Below, one piece after another: positions 63,447 to 64,000 of a stretch of DNA of 64,000 bases. Source of the DNA: Podarcis pityusensis (lineage: Eukaryota); NCBI GenBank assembly GCA_964106645.2, contig OZ067044.1, one strand, 5' to 3'. The notes beneath the pieces were generated by a model. That model did not search any database and was not told the origin of the DNA. It worked only from the letters and a program-made list of their open reading frames with translations. Every line of letters starts with the position of its first letter. The stretch's first letter is position 1. Position numbers and translations under genes: made by a program.

Positions 63447-64000
63447 GATAACAGGAATGTCTATTAAATTTGGTGATAGCCTAATACTGAATAGGATTTG
63501 GTGATAACTTAATATTATGGCCACGATGTGTGCAACACCCCATAGGACTTTTTTCCTTTGCATGCTGGCATTACGAACCAGAATCTTGAAAAACAGTTTC
63601 ATGTTGGTTTGCTCCTGATTAGCAAACTGACATTTAGCCACTAATGCTTTTTCAGATATAACACAAGCCAATAGTTTAGACAGAAGGGGATTGAAATATG
63701 GTAGCTAGCAGGTAGAGGAGACAAAGTGGGAGCATGTGGTCCCAGCACTAGTCCCAGACAGGAATCTGAAATTCAAAGTGGGCATTATGCCTCCATATAA
63801 TAATAATATGATTTGTACGAGAATGATCTGTGGTCAACAGTATTACAGATAATTTTACTGTAAATTTGTCTTTGTCTTCTAAACTCTTAAGTTTATTTAA
63901 AAGTATATTATATGTGTTTAATCATTTATTTATTTTTTAAAAATGTTAAAAATCCTTTTATTTACCAGATGGCATACTACATTCCTTTAAAGGCAACTTG

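Noticed and set aside
63960-64000. Possible next CDYL exon at the window edge
   Set aside because: The minus-strand translation does not resemble the expected ..FPKIMG.AS exon end; that exon lies outside the window

Overview
Vertebrate genomic DNA. The repeat content (five Sauria SINEs, BovB, L2, CR1) points to a squamate, probably a lacertid lizard. The window holds the conserved LYRM4 - PPP1R3G - RPP40 - CDYL block. It contains the last coding exon of LYRM4 (+, 4520-4582, missed by the ORF track), intronless PPP1R3G (-, 13458-14477), all 8 coding exons of RPP40 (+, 21914-31075, 363 aa) and the last two coding exons of CDYL (-, 56389-56532 and 53464-53622). The rest is rich in transposable elements. 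The most notable is a full-length 3.2-kb pogo/Tigger DNA transposon (41776-44950). Its transposase is intact except for one in-frame TGA, and a 338-bp MITE with the same ends lies at 60263-60600. Other items are a five-element nested insertion (L2 > RTE-X-like > SINE + L1 + MITE, about 45.3-48.4 kb), a solo LTR with a 5-bp TSD, and several Tc1/pogo and hAT MITEs. There is a 176-N assembly gap at 51589-51764. I see no new host gene system. The best novelty candidates are the young Tigger/MITE pair and an overlapping uORF at the PPP1R3G start. All family assignments are by motif recognition, not database search.
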